DNA of 32,734 nt, taken from positions 1 through 32,734 of the forward strand of contig NEEC01000086.1 of assembly GCA_002189035.1 (NCBI GenBank). Direction: 5' to 3'. Source of the stretch: Utricularia gibba. Taxonomy: Eukaryota > Plantae > Magnoliophyta. Positions 14,111 through 24,861 of this stretch are shown piece after piece (the first letter of the stretch is position 1; each line of letters opens with the position of its first letter). The notes below the pieces were generated by a model. The model worked only from the letters and a program-made list of their open reading frames with translations. It did no database searches and was not told where the DNA came from. The position numbers and the translations under genes were made by a program.

Positions 14111-14385
14111 TTAGTGATTAATTGTGCAGATGGTCTCAAGTCCTTGAAAGTGGAAGAAGAGCAATTTCCCCAGCTACTAACTCTTGAAATAAGTGATAGT
14201 AGCAATATTTGTGATATTACATGTAATATTACAACGCTATCGTCAATTCAGTTATGGGATTGCGGAGCCTCTACCATTAGATCAGCCAAGAAAATTTTAA
14301 GAGAAAGGAGGTATGAATGGGCAGATGAGGGCTTCTCTCTTGTGGTTGATGGCAGTTATTGACGTTGGAGGAAGAAGAAGAATAA
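14111..14385 (+). pseudogene. Orphan NLR LRR C-terminal module remnant (module 0; 3' end of a truncated third paralog)
   Basis: LVINCADGLKSLKVEEEQFPQLLTLEISDSSNICDITCNITTLSSIQLWDCGASTIRSAKKILRERRYEWADEGFSLVVDG(K)LLTLEEEEE*. 14149-14240 is 92/92 identical to NLR2 23090-23181. Homology starts at the TTA flanking the PIF right TIR. One A is missing at about 14354. Confidence 0.9.
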
Positions 14386-14409
14386 AAAGGAAACTAACAA
14401 AAATGAGGA

Positions 14410-15035
14410 TTGGGAAATAATTGTTGTAGTGTACAAGTCCTTCTACATATTCATTAGAAGCAAAAAATCAGTGATTTATTGATTGTTTGATTTTTCAATG
14501 CTTCAAAATGATTTGATCCACAAATTCTGATTCCAAAATATATATTTATATACTATCTCATTTCATTTTTAATATAAATTCAAAATCATTTTCCTAATCA
14601 ACATGTTTATTTTATTCTAAAAACCATCATCCTTCATTTACCGCTTTTACAAAAGTTAGCTGCAATTTTTTTTTTTACAAATTGCCATACAAGAAAATAT
14701 GATCTAAAAACTATATATGGTCATATGATTTTCTTAACAATTTAAGTTTTATTTAACAATGTGTTTGTTTTCGTAAAGTTGATACATGAGAAAATATTTT
14801 AATAGAAATATATGAATAAGAAAGTCCATATATTTTAATAAAGAGATGTTTTGAAAAAATATGTTTGATTAGTAAGTAGAAAGTGGCATAAAAATTATTT
14901 TTTAGGGGTTTAATTTGATGTAAAGATGATTAGTGTGTATTTTTTAAATTTATAATATTAAGCCCAAAAAAATTCTAAAGAAGAGAAAAAAGAAGAATCA
15001 TAATTGGAAAACAAAACAGAAAACACAATTTTCTT
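14410..15035 (+). repeat. NLR 3'-flank duplicon, copy A of 3
   Basis: Shares GAAATAATTGTTGT, AAAGAGATGTTTTGAAAAAA and AAAACAGAAAACACAATTTTCTTA with 19132-19756, and partially with about 23870-24170. Confidence 0.85.
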
Positions 15036-15908
15036 AGACACAATAATGCGATGAAAATAGCAAAAAAAATTGAGAGAAAATATGGATTCAATCTGATATT
15101 AGATAGAAGTAAATTTTTAATATGTCTCATTAAATATCCAAATTCATAAAGTACACAATCTAGTTCTTTTATGCAAACTTTTTACAAATTGTTTTTACAT
15201 GTTAGAGTATAAGCATCGCTAATACGGTTTTTAAGAAGCGCGGAAGTGTAAAGAAAGTTAATAGAATGGAAAAGAATTCTGCGTAGGAGTAGAATTGTGA
15301 TAGTTGATTTTAATAGACTACTAATACATTAATGTTTTTTATTTTTTGTGCTTGATTTCAGTGCGACAACACAAAAATGTAGTTATCATTTGAAATAATT
15401 GGGGTTTTAATCATTTTTGTATATATATAAAAAAAGCTTTACCGTACATAACTTGTTTGCATTTGGAAACTTATTGGATAAATGATATTATTTTTTCTTG
15501 TCTAAGAAAAAAAAGAATTAAATAAAACTTATGGAAAATGATATTATTTGAAAGGATATGTTTGGAAAATGTGTAACTTGGAAAATATGAATAATGAGTT
15601 GGAAAAAACTTTGTAATTTTTATAAACATGATTCTAAAAACTAATAATTTATATGAGTCCGTACCAATTATTTGTGACAATTTTTTCAAAGACGTGTGGG
15701 TGCTGTTTCTTGATAAAGCAGAAAAAAGACTCTTACTGGAGAACGACGCCTTCCTGTTGACTCAATCATTCATAGACGCTGTGGTGCTACCTTCTCTTCA
15801 TTGAACTCCTAAACCCACTTCTTCTGGTGTGTGAAATTGGGGACTCTCTTTGACAGGGGCGGGGTTGAAGATCGGCACCCAACAAGTGGTCGAGTTTATT
15901 GACTGGCG

Positions 15909-18900
15909 ATGGCCGGGGATTCGAGAATACTACTATCAGCTTATCACTCTGCGCTGCGTCTCCTGCAGCTTCTTGAATCCGTGCAAGTGCACAACAAATA
16001 TAAACTGCTTGCCGTTGATATGGAGCAGATACATGGTTTTCGAGACAAGGTTCACGCTTGGATAGAATTATTGGAAGGCCTCACGGCAACAGATCATACC
16101 CCAGGTATAAAAGCCCTGTTGCAAAGATTCAGCCATTGTGCCTTCAACTGGAGTAATATGATCGACTATCATGTTGTTGATCAAAAGTGTGGAGTGTATG
16201 GCGTTGAGTTTGGTGGAGCTGTGCATACTTTCTATGGAGAATTAGTGATGTTGATAGAAGAACTAATGAGCATTCGGGGAGAATCATCTAGTTCCTTGAG
16301 GAGCACCAAAGGGGAAGTGGTTCATCTCTCTTATGAGAAGACCAAGGAGGCAGCAACTCTAGTGGGAATTGAGTGCCCCTTAAAAAGATAAAGGAGAAAC
16401 TTGAGAGTCACGTGAAAGATCGACGAGTCATAGCGATCGTCGGTATGGGTGGTAGTGGTAAAACGGCTTTAGCACAGAAAGTTTATGAGGATTTTTCAGT
16501 GACTAGGAAGCACTTTGACAAATGCTATTGGTTCACTATTTCTCAAGAATACGATGTACAAAAAATACTTCAAAAGATATTAGATGATAAAAACACTCAA
16601 GAGGTAAGAGATTTGGGGACTATATTATATCAGAAGCTTTTTGATCATAGGTACTTGATCACATTGGATGATTTATGGAGTCCTAAGGCTTGGGAAGAAT
16701 TAGTAGTATACTTTCCTAATAAGAATAACGGAAGTCGGATTATTGTGACCACAAGGGAGTTAAATGTTGCTAAATCTCTTTCCCCTGCACTTATTCACCA
16801 AATGGATTTATTAGATGAAGAGACAAGTTGGGAATTATTGTCTAAAACAGTCCCATGTTCGGTTGAGCTCCATGGAATCGGAAGAGAGATCGCTCGAAAT
16901 TGCAAAGGACTTCCTTTATCAATCGTCACAATTAGTGGGCTTCTCTCAAAATCTGATATGACTTTGCAATCCTGGAGGCATGTTGCGGATGCTGTTACAT
17001 CCTTTGTGAGTTTGGAAGATAATGAGCGTTGTATGAAAACATTATACTTGAGCTACGATAACCTTCCGCTTCATCTTAAATTATGCTTTCTTAGTTTTTC
17101 ATATTATCCTGAAGATGAATATATTATAGTTGATGATTTAATACGATGGTGGATTGTTGAGGCGATAGTAAGACCGGAAGGAGATCAAGGAATGGAAGAG
17201 ATTGCACTAGATTATTTGAAAGATCTTATTGGAAGGAACATGATCTCTGTTAGAAAATATAATGATATTATGGAAATTAAACTTATCGGAATACATGATC
17301 TCTTGTTAGAGCTATGCCGAAAGGAATCATCTATTGAGAATGTATGTGTGGGAGAAGGAATGGATAGAATTTTCTATAGAAAAAAGAAATCGTCTGTCGA
17401 CATTCAAGCGACGAGATGTGTGGGTTGCTCCACTACTTATTTCATGGGGTTTTGTGACATTGTCCCCGTGAGCAATAGTAGTATGAGGCCGTGTTATGGC
17501 AGAATCTTCCATCAGATACATTCTATTTTACAGATGGAAAATTGTGTCTATGCACAATTTTGTTTTAAATGCAACAAGTTTGAAACAATGGAGCTCTTTA
17601 TTTATGGAGTGCTTCTGCATCCTACTCTTTCAGTTAACGACATATCTGAGTGTAACGCAGTTAAGGTTTCACATTTTCATGGAGTGGGCGGAGATATTAT
17701 TCCTTTTGAATCACTTCAGCAATATCATTTTCCAGGAAATCTGTTGTGGAATGTTCAACAGTATTTGTGTTCAGGAGAAAGCTCATGCAGGATAATGCCA
17801 CAACTTAAATTTTTAGGTTTTGTGCCTCATCATGATGAGGAGGACATCGTGCTGGAACAATTAGTTGGTCTAGATGGAATGTTTGGTATTTATGCTGAAC
17901 CTTTCTTGCCGAAACCCATCAAGAGATTGGGAATATGGGGCTGCATGATGTCATTCGAAATAGCTATTCGGGATATGCCTAATCTTGAGCATTTGGCTTT
18001 CAGGCATTACAATCATGTAATGCCCATAGTATCTTATAGTTTGAGATACCTGGGGATTTCTGACTATTACGCAAATTGCCGACTGGAAATTGATTGTCCT
18101 AGACTTGAAAGGCTTTGGCTACACAATGTTCGTGATGCATCCTGTTATATTTGTGATGATTCATCCTTGCAATCAATCACATTGGATGGTTGTGGAGAGT
18201 CTGCTGTCCAATCGGCTATGGAAGTATTAGAGAGGAAGCGACGTTTGGGGGATAACAGCTTTTATGTAGAGACGGATGGAAGATTTAACAATTGTGATGC
18301 AAAAGAAGAAGAAGAAGATTATGATGACGAAGAGTTTGCATTGCTTGAAATGATGATGATGGGTATGCAAAGATATGACGAAAGAAGGCATAATTATAGT
18401 GATGTAATCGAGTATCAAAGCAGATTTAACAAAGCACAGCATCAAGAACACTTGTTCCTCTTTCCTCCAAAGCCAAGATTGCGTCCTTTATCTACACTCT
18501 TTCATGCAGACGGGACAATGTATCATATATTCAATTGGTATTCTAATACAGCAATCCAATTTCCAAATCTGAAGGCCATAAGGATGAGGTCGGCATGGGA
18601 TGGATCCCCCCTCCCAAGTTTGCTCAAGAAATTGAATCTCTGTGGCACTTTAATTGATGAAGCTAAAACGAGAACTATTATTGAGTTGTGCAATCTCGAG
18701 GAGCTGAGATTCTCGAGTTGCGCATTTGAAAATGAGGAATGGTGCAATCTGTCCCAAGGGCGATTTTGCAAACTGAAAAAGTTGATGATTTATGATCCAT
18801 ATGATCTCAAGTATTTGAAGGTGGGAGCAGAGCAATTTCCCCAACTACTAATTCTTGGGATATTTAGGTGTGAAACATTGAATATCATCTCAGATGCTGA

Positions 18901-19141
18901 TGATGATGATATATGTGGTATTCCAACACTATCATCAATTCAATTAGGCGATTGCGGAACATCGACCATCAGATCAGCCCAACAAATATTAAGACAAAGA
19001 AGGTATGATTGGGCAGATGAGGACTTCTATGTTATGGTTGATGGTGAATTGTTGTCATTGGAAGAAAAAAAGAAGAAAAAGAAAAAAAGAAGAAGAATAA
19101 GAAGAAATAGAATACTAATAAAAATGATGATTAGGAAATAA
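15909..19141 (+). CDS. CC-NB-ARC-LRR resistance protein NLR1 (R1A/Rpi-blb2-like asterid CNL) with an extra C-terminal LRR module; -1 frameshift between CC and NB-ARC as assembled
   Basis: CC ORF 15909-16391 (SAYHSALRLLQLLES..SNMIDYHVVDQ, EDVID-equivalent) and ORF 16373-19141. P-loop GMGGSGKT, RNBS-A FDKCYWFTISQEY, kinase-2 LITLDDLW, RNBS-B GSRIIVTTR, GLPL (CKGLPLSI), RNBS-D LKLCFLSF, MHD as IHD. The ORFs join if the C4 run at 16376-16379 is C5. Confidence 0.9.
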
Positions 19142-19756
19142 TTGTTGTGGCCTAGAGTGTTACTATGCATTTATTACAAACAATAAATGAGTGATTTAAT
19201 GATATTCGATTTTTCATTAGCTCAAAACAATTTATCCAAAAATCATGATTCCAAAATATAGCATCATATACTGTATCAATTCATTTTTAATAGAAATTTA
19301 AAACCACAATCCTAATTAGCATGCTTATTTAATTCTAAAACTATGATCCTTCATTTACAACTTTTACAAAAATTAACTGCATTTTTTATACGAATTGCCA
19401 TATAAAAAAATATGATTTAAAATTTATATTTTAATATGATTTTGTTAACAATTTACGCATCATTTAAAGATGTTTTTGTATTCATTTCATAAAATTGATA
19501 CATGGGAAAATGTTTTAATAGGGTTTTAATAAGATAAGAAAAACGAAATAATCTCATAAAGAGATGTTTTGAAAAAAATATATTTGATTGATAATTGAAC
19601 ATAGGATAAAAAATATTTTTGTGGGGCTTATTTTTATGTAGAATTAATTATGTTGTATTTTTTTTAACTATATAACATCAAGTTCAACTAAATCTAAAGA
19701 AGAGAAAAAAAAAAGAATCAAAATTTGAAAACAAAACAGAAAACACAATTTTCTTA
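19132..19756 (+). repeat. NLR 3'-flank duplicon, copy B of 3
   Basis: Collinear with 14410-15035 over about 620 bp of AT-rich non-coding sequence. Confidence 0.85.
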
Positions 19757-20113
19757 AACAAATTGAAGCACAAATGTTCATCTTGAGTTTACAAAAAAAA
19801 AAATGCAATTATACTTTTACTTTTACATTAAATTGAATATCTCATCATCTATTAGCATCAGCTGATTTTTAATCTGTCCATGATAATATGTGACTGCTAT
19901 TTGGTGATAAAATTTTCAGAGATAAGATACCAGAGACGTGTGAAGATGAGTAGAAGACTTGAGTCAAGTCATTTGCAACCCATAGCTTCTCTTCATTCCA
20001 AGGAACCTATTTCTTCTTATATGCAAAACTGGGGAGTATTTCTGGGGGCGCATCTTTCTTCTGTATAGGGCAGAATTACCCAATCAGTCACTAATCTTGT
20101 TTGGTGATTGGCG

Positions 20114-23100
20114 ATGGAAGAGGGTCCGGGAATAGTATCTGCTTATTACTCTGCGCTCCGTCTTTTGCAGCTTCTCCAATCCATGCAGGCGCACCACAAC
20201 AATAAACTGCTAGCAGTTGATCTAAAGCAGATCTGTGATTTTGAAGACAAGATTCGTTCTTGGATGAAGTTACTGGAAAGCCTCAAGTCAAGGGATGTGA
20301 CTCGAGAGGTAAGAGAGATGTCTCAAAGATTCAGCCAGTATGCCTTCAAGTGGAGTAATATCCTTGATTATCATGTTGTTGATCAGAAAGTGCATGATAT
20401 TCATCTTTTTGGGGATGAATTTTGCAAAGCCATGTTTGATATCAATCGAGATATTGATCTTTTGAGTGATGAACTAAAGTTGATCACACTCCAATCAGCA
20501 AGCATTCGAGAAGAATCATCAAGCTACTCGAGGAGCACTAAGGAGGAAGTGGTTCACCTCTCTTATCAGAAGACCAAGGAAGCAGCAACTCTAGTGGGAA
20601 TTGAGCGCCCCTTAAAGAGATAAAGGAGGAACTTGAGAGTCACGTGAAAGATCGAAGAGTGATAGCGATCGTCGGTATGGGTGGTAGTGGTAAAACGGCT
20701 TTAGCACAGAAAGTTTATGATGATTGTTCAGCGACTGGGAGGCACTTCGACAAACACTATTGGGTCACTATTTCTCAAGAATACGATGTACGAAAAATAC
20801 TTCAAGATATGTTAGGTGATAAAGTAACTCACGAGGTAAGAGATTTGGGGACTATGTTACATCAGAAGCTATTTGATGATAAGTACCTGATCGCATTGGA
20901 TGATTTATGGAGTACTAAGGCTTGGGAAGAATTAGTAGTATACTTTCCTAATAGGAATAATGGAAGTCGGATTATTGTGACTACAAGGAAGTTAAGTGTT
21001 GCTAAATCTCTTTCCCCTGCACTTATTCACCAAATGGATTTATTAGATGAAGAGGCAAGTTGGGAATTATTGTCTAAAAAAGTCCCATGTCCGGATGAGC
21101 TCCAAGGAATCGGAAGAGAGATTGCTCGAAATTGCAAAGGACTTCCTTTATCAATCGTTACAATCAGTGGGCTTCTCTCAAAATCTGACATGAGTTTGCA
21201 ATCCTGGAGGAATGTTGCGGATGCTGTTACATCCTTTGTGAGTTTGGAAGATGATGAGCGTTGTATGAAAACATTATACTTGAGCTATGATAACCTTCCG
21301 CTTCATCTTAAATTATGCTTTCTTAGTTTTTCATATTATCCTGAAGATGAAAATATTGATGCTGATGATTTAATACGATGGTGGATTGTTGAGATGATGG
21401 TAAGATCGGAAGGAGGTCGAGGAATGGAAGAGGTTGCACTAGATTATTTGAAAGATCTTATTGGAAGGAACATGATCTTTGTTAGAAAATATAATCATAT
21501 CATGGAAATTAATTATATCGGAATACATGATCTCTTGTTTGAGCTATGCAGAAAGGAATCATCTATTGAGAATGTATGTGTGGCAGCAGGAGTGGATAAA
21601 ATTTTCGATAGACAAAAGAAATCATCTGTTGATATTCAAGCGACGAGATGTGTGGTTTGTTCCACTACTTATTTCATGGAGTTTTGTGACATTGTCCCGG
21701 TGAGCAATAGTAGTACATGGCTGTGTTATGGTAGAATCTTTCATCAGATACATTCTATTTTACCTATAGAGTATGTGTGTGCACAACTTTGCGTTGAATG
21801 CAACAAGGTGGTCAAAATGGAGCTCTTTATTTATGGAGTGCTTCTGCATCCTACTTTCTCAGTTAGCAACATATCTATGTGTAAAGAAATCAAGGTTCCA
21901 CATTTTCATGGAATAAATGAGGATATTATTTATTTTGAATCACTTGAGCAATATCATTTTCCAGGAAATCTTCTATGGAATGTTCAACAGTATCGTGGTC
22001 ATGAACCACGCTCATTTAGGATGATGCCACAACTTAAATTTTTGGATTATTTGCCTAATCAAGATGAGGAGGACATCGTGCTGGAACAATTAATTGGCAT
22101 AGATTCCATGATGTATGTTTGGGAGAACCCTTTCTTGTCCAAATCGATCAAGAGATTGGGAATATTTTGTAATTACTTCTCAGAGCAAATCCGAAGTGCT
22201 ATTTGGGATATGCCTAATCTCGAGTATTTGGCTCTCAGCTTTTACGACCATGTTGGAACCACCATAGTAGGATCACATAGTTTGAGATACTTTGGAATTT
22301 CTGACTATGGGGGGAATCGTTGGCTTTCTAACTATGGCGGGAATCGTTGTCTTGAGATTGGTTGTCCTCGACTTGAAAGGCTTTGGCTACACAATGTTCC
22401 TTATGCATCCTTTTATATTTGTGATGATTCATCCTTGCAGTCGATCAGATTGGAAGGTTGTGGAGAGTCTACTGTCGAATGGGCGATGGAAATATTGGAG
22501 AAGAAGCGGAGTTTGGGGGATAACAACTTTTATGTAGAGATGGATGGAAGGATGCAGTTTGATTGGTCAAAGAGAGTTTGGCAGATTTGTAGACCTTCTA
22601 TGCTTTTATGTAGACAAGGATTGGAAGACCAAGAGTTTCCATTGCTTGAAATGATGATCTGTACACAACTAATTGACATGACATGGCGTAGTTACAAAGA
22701 CGTAATCAATTATCTAAGTGGATTTCACAAAGACTGGCAACGAGAACACTTTTTCCTCTTTCAAAGAAGTATGATTGACTATAGAGAAGGGTCTCCTATG
22801 CCCAAACGGTATTCTAATACTGCAGTCCGATATCCAAATCTGAAGGTCATAAGAATGAGGGCAGCATGGGATGGATCCCCCTCCCAAGTTTGCTCAAGGA
22901 ATTGGAACTCCAGCACACTTTAATTGATGAAGCTCGGACGAGAACTATTATGGAGTTGCACAATCTCAAGGTGATGGAATTCTATCGTTGCACATTTGAA
23001 AATGAGGAATGGTGCAATCTGTCCCAAGGACAATTTGCCAAACTGAAAGAATTAATTATTCGTTATCCAGTTCGTCTCAAGTCCTTGAGAGTGGAAGAAG

Positions 23101-23831
23101 AGCAATTTCCCCAGCTACTAACTCTTGAAATAAGTGATAGTAGCAATATTTGTGATATTACATGTAATATTACAACGCTATTGTCGATTCGGTTAGGGTG
23201 TTGTGGACCCTTGACCATTATAGCAGCCAAGAAAATATTAAGAGAAAGGAGGTATGATTGGGCAGATGAGGACTTCTCTCTTGAGGTTGGTGGCAAGTTA
23301 TTGATGTTGGAGGAAGAAGAAAAAGAAAAAGGATGCTTATGGGCATGGGGCGGAGCCCCCCTCTCAAGTTTGCTTAAGAAATTGAGAGTCTCTTCCACTT
23401 TAATTGATGAAGCTCGGACGAGAACTATTATGGAGTTGCACAATCTTGAGGTGCTGAGATTCTATGATTGCACATTTGAAAATCAATGGTGCAATCTGTC
23501 CCAAGGACAATTTACCAAACTGAAAGAATTAAGGATTGATTATCCAGGTGGTCTCAAGTCCTTGAAAGTGGAAGAAGAGCAATTTCCCCAGCTACTAACT
23601 CTTCGAATAAAAGGAGAGCAGGACGGTATTTGTGATATTACATGTAATATTACAACGCTATCATCAATTCGGTTAGGGGATTGTGGAGCCTCAACCATTA
23701 TAGCAGCCAAGAAAATATTAAGAGAAAGGAGGTATGATTGGGCAGATGAGGAATTCTATGTCATGGTTGATGATGAATTGTTGACATTGGAAGAAGAAGA
23801 AGGAAAAAAAAAAGAAATGTTAAATTTTTAA
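20114..23831 (+). CDS. CC-NB-ARC-LRR resistance protein NLR2 with two extra tandem C-terminal LRR modules; two -1 frameshifts as assembled
   Basis: CC from ATG 20114 (SAYYSALRLLQLLQS..SNILDYHVVDQ), NB-ARC/LRR ORF to 22923, module ORF 22866-23831. Same intact NB-ARC motifs as NLR1. Frames join if C4 at 20608-20611 is C5 and C5 at 22877-22881 is C6; the homologous runs at 18606-18611 and 23356-23361 are C6. Confidence 0.88.
22300..22353 (+). repeat. In-frame 27-bp tandem duplication in the NLR2 LRR (SDYGGNRWL / SNYGGNRCL)
   Basis: Two adjacent 27-nt copies; NLR1 has a single copy (SDYYANCRL). Confidence 0.9.
22881..23831 (+). repeat. 480-bp tandem duplication of the LRR-plus-C-cap module (B1, B2) in NLR2
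   Basis: TAATTGATGAAGCTCGGACGAGAACTATTATGGAGTTGCACAATCT occurs at 22921 and 23401; CTCYCAAGTTTGCTYAAG occurs at 22881 and 23361. Confidence 0.97.
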
Positions 23832-23869
23832 AATAATCATCATATATACTTTTTTGTTAAATTTTTTGA

Positions 23870-24170
23870 AATCCATGGAAAAATGACAGGACATGATTTT
23901 GTTATCAATTTACGTATTATTGAATGATATGTTTCATTTGGTGAAAGTGATATATAGGAAAATGTTTTAATAGAAATATATAAATAAGAAATCGATATGT
24001 TTTATTAAAGAGATGTTTTGAAAAAAATATATTTGTTTAATAAATTGAAAATGATATAAAAATATTTTAGGGAAACTTATTTTGATGTAAAGATGATTAT
24101 ACTTTATTTGTTAAATTTATAACATCAAGCCCAACAAAATTATAAAGAAGAGAAAAAAAAATTGGAAAAC
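23870..24170 (+). repeat. NLR 3'-flank duplicon, copy C of 3 (partial)
   Basis: GATTTTGTTATCAATTTACG, AAAGAGATGTTTTGAAAAAA and GAAGAGAAAAAAAAATTGGAAAACA correspond to copies A and B; the first approximately 250 bp are absent. Confidence 0.75.
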
Positions 24171-24459
24171 ATCAAAGCACCATTATTTTAAATCAAATGG
24201 AAAAGTAATAATAAAAAGGGTTGAAAATGCAATTAAATAAGTTGGAAGAAAAGATCATCTTAATATAACATAAAAACAAAATTATCTTATTTATCTACAT
24301 CGATCAACTACTCCCAAGATGAATGCTTTCGGTTTCCATTTCCTTGACAAAGCGATCACATTGCTGAAGCTACTATTGCATTTCAATTGATCGGCGCTAC
24401 ACCGGCGATGGGGACGGCAGACGGATGCTGCTTTACAACTCCACATCTGGGTCATTGTA

Positions 24460-24826
24460 ATCGCTATCATCATCATCATCATATCTTTTTCTTGTATCTT
24501 CAACTGGTCATTTTGGAGCTCAACGTAGAAATCTTTGTCTCCCCCGATCAAGGCTCCGCAAGATCGTATTTGAATCCTCAACAGCGTTGAGATGCCATGA
24601 ATATCATCATGAGAGATCCTCATTGTTTGGGAGCTGTCTATCCCAAGAGTTTGGAGTTGGGGGAATCGCTCTTCTCCCACTCTAAAGTACTTGAGCGTAG
24701 GACACATGAAGAATATGATCTCCTTGAGATGGTGAAACTTCATAAGAGTCTTCGTTTAAGAGTCATTGATCAGAGCTTCATGGGATAGTAATCTCTTGAG
24801 CGATCTTGAGCAAACTTGAGAGTAGA
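24460..24826 (-). pseudogene. Inverted, diverged LRR C-terminal module remnant
   Basis: Minus strand reads LSSLLK..LKRLLSHEALINDS*TKTLMKFHHLKEIIFFMCPTLKYFRVGEERFPQLQTLGIDSSQTMRISHDDIHGISTLLRIQIRSCGALIGGDKDFYV. It is homologous to NLR1's PSLLKKLNL..KYLKVGAEQFPQLLILGI..DDICGIPTLSSIQL..DEDFYV, with two internal deletions and an in-frame stop. Confidence 0.82.
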
Positions 24827-24861
24827 GTTGTGATCAGTTCCGAACTAATTGGTTTTGGTTC

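Noticed and set aside
14051-14362. ORF reading from the PIF terminus into LRR module 0 as a TE-NLR fusion protein
   Set aside because: Non-ATG start, low-complexity TE-derived N-terminus, and no evidence of expression.
15755-19975. W-boxes (TTGACT) upstream of NLR1 (15757, 15899) and NLR2 (19962)
   Set aside because: Plausible, but 6-mers at this frequency are expected by chance in AT-rich DNA.
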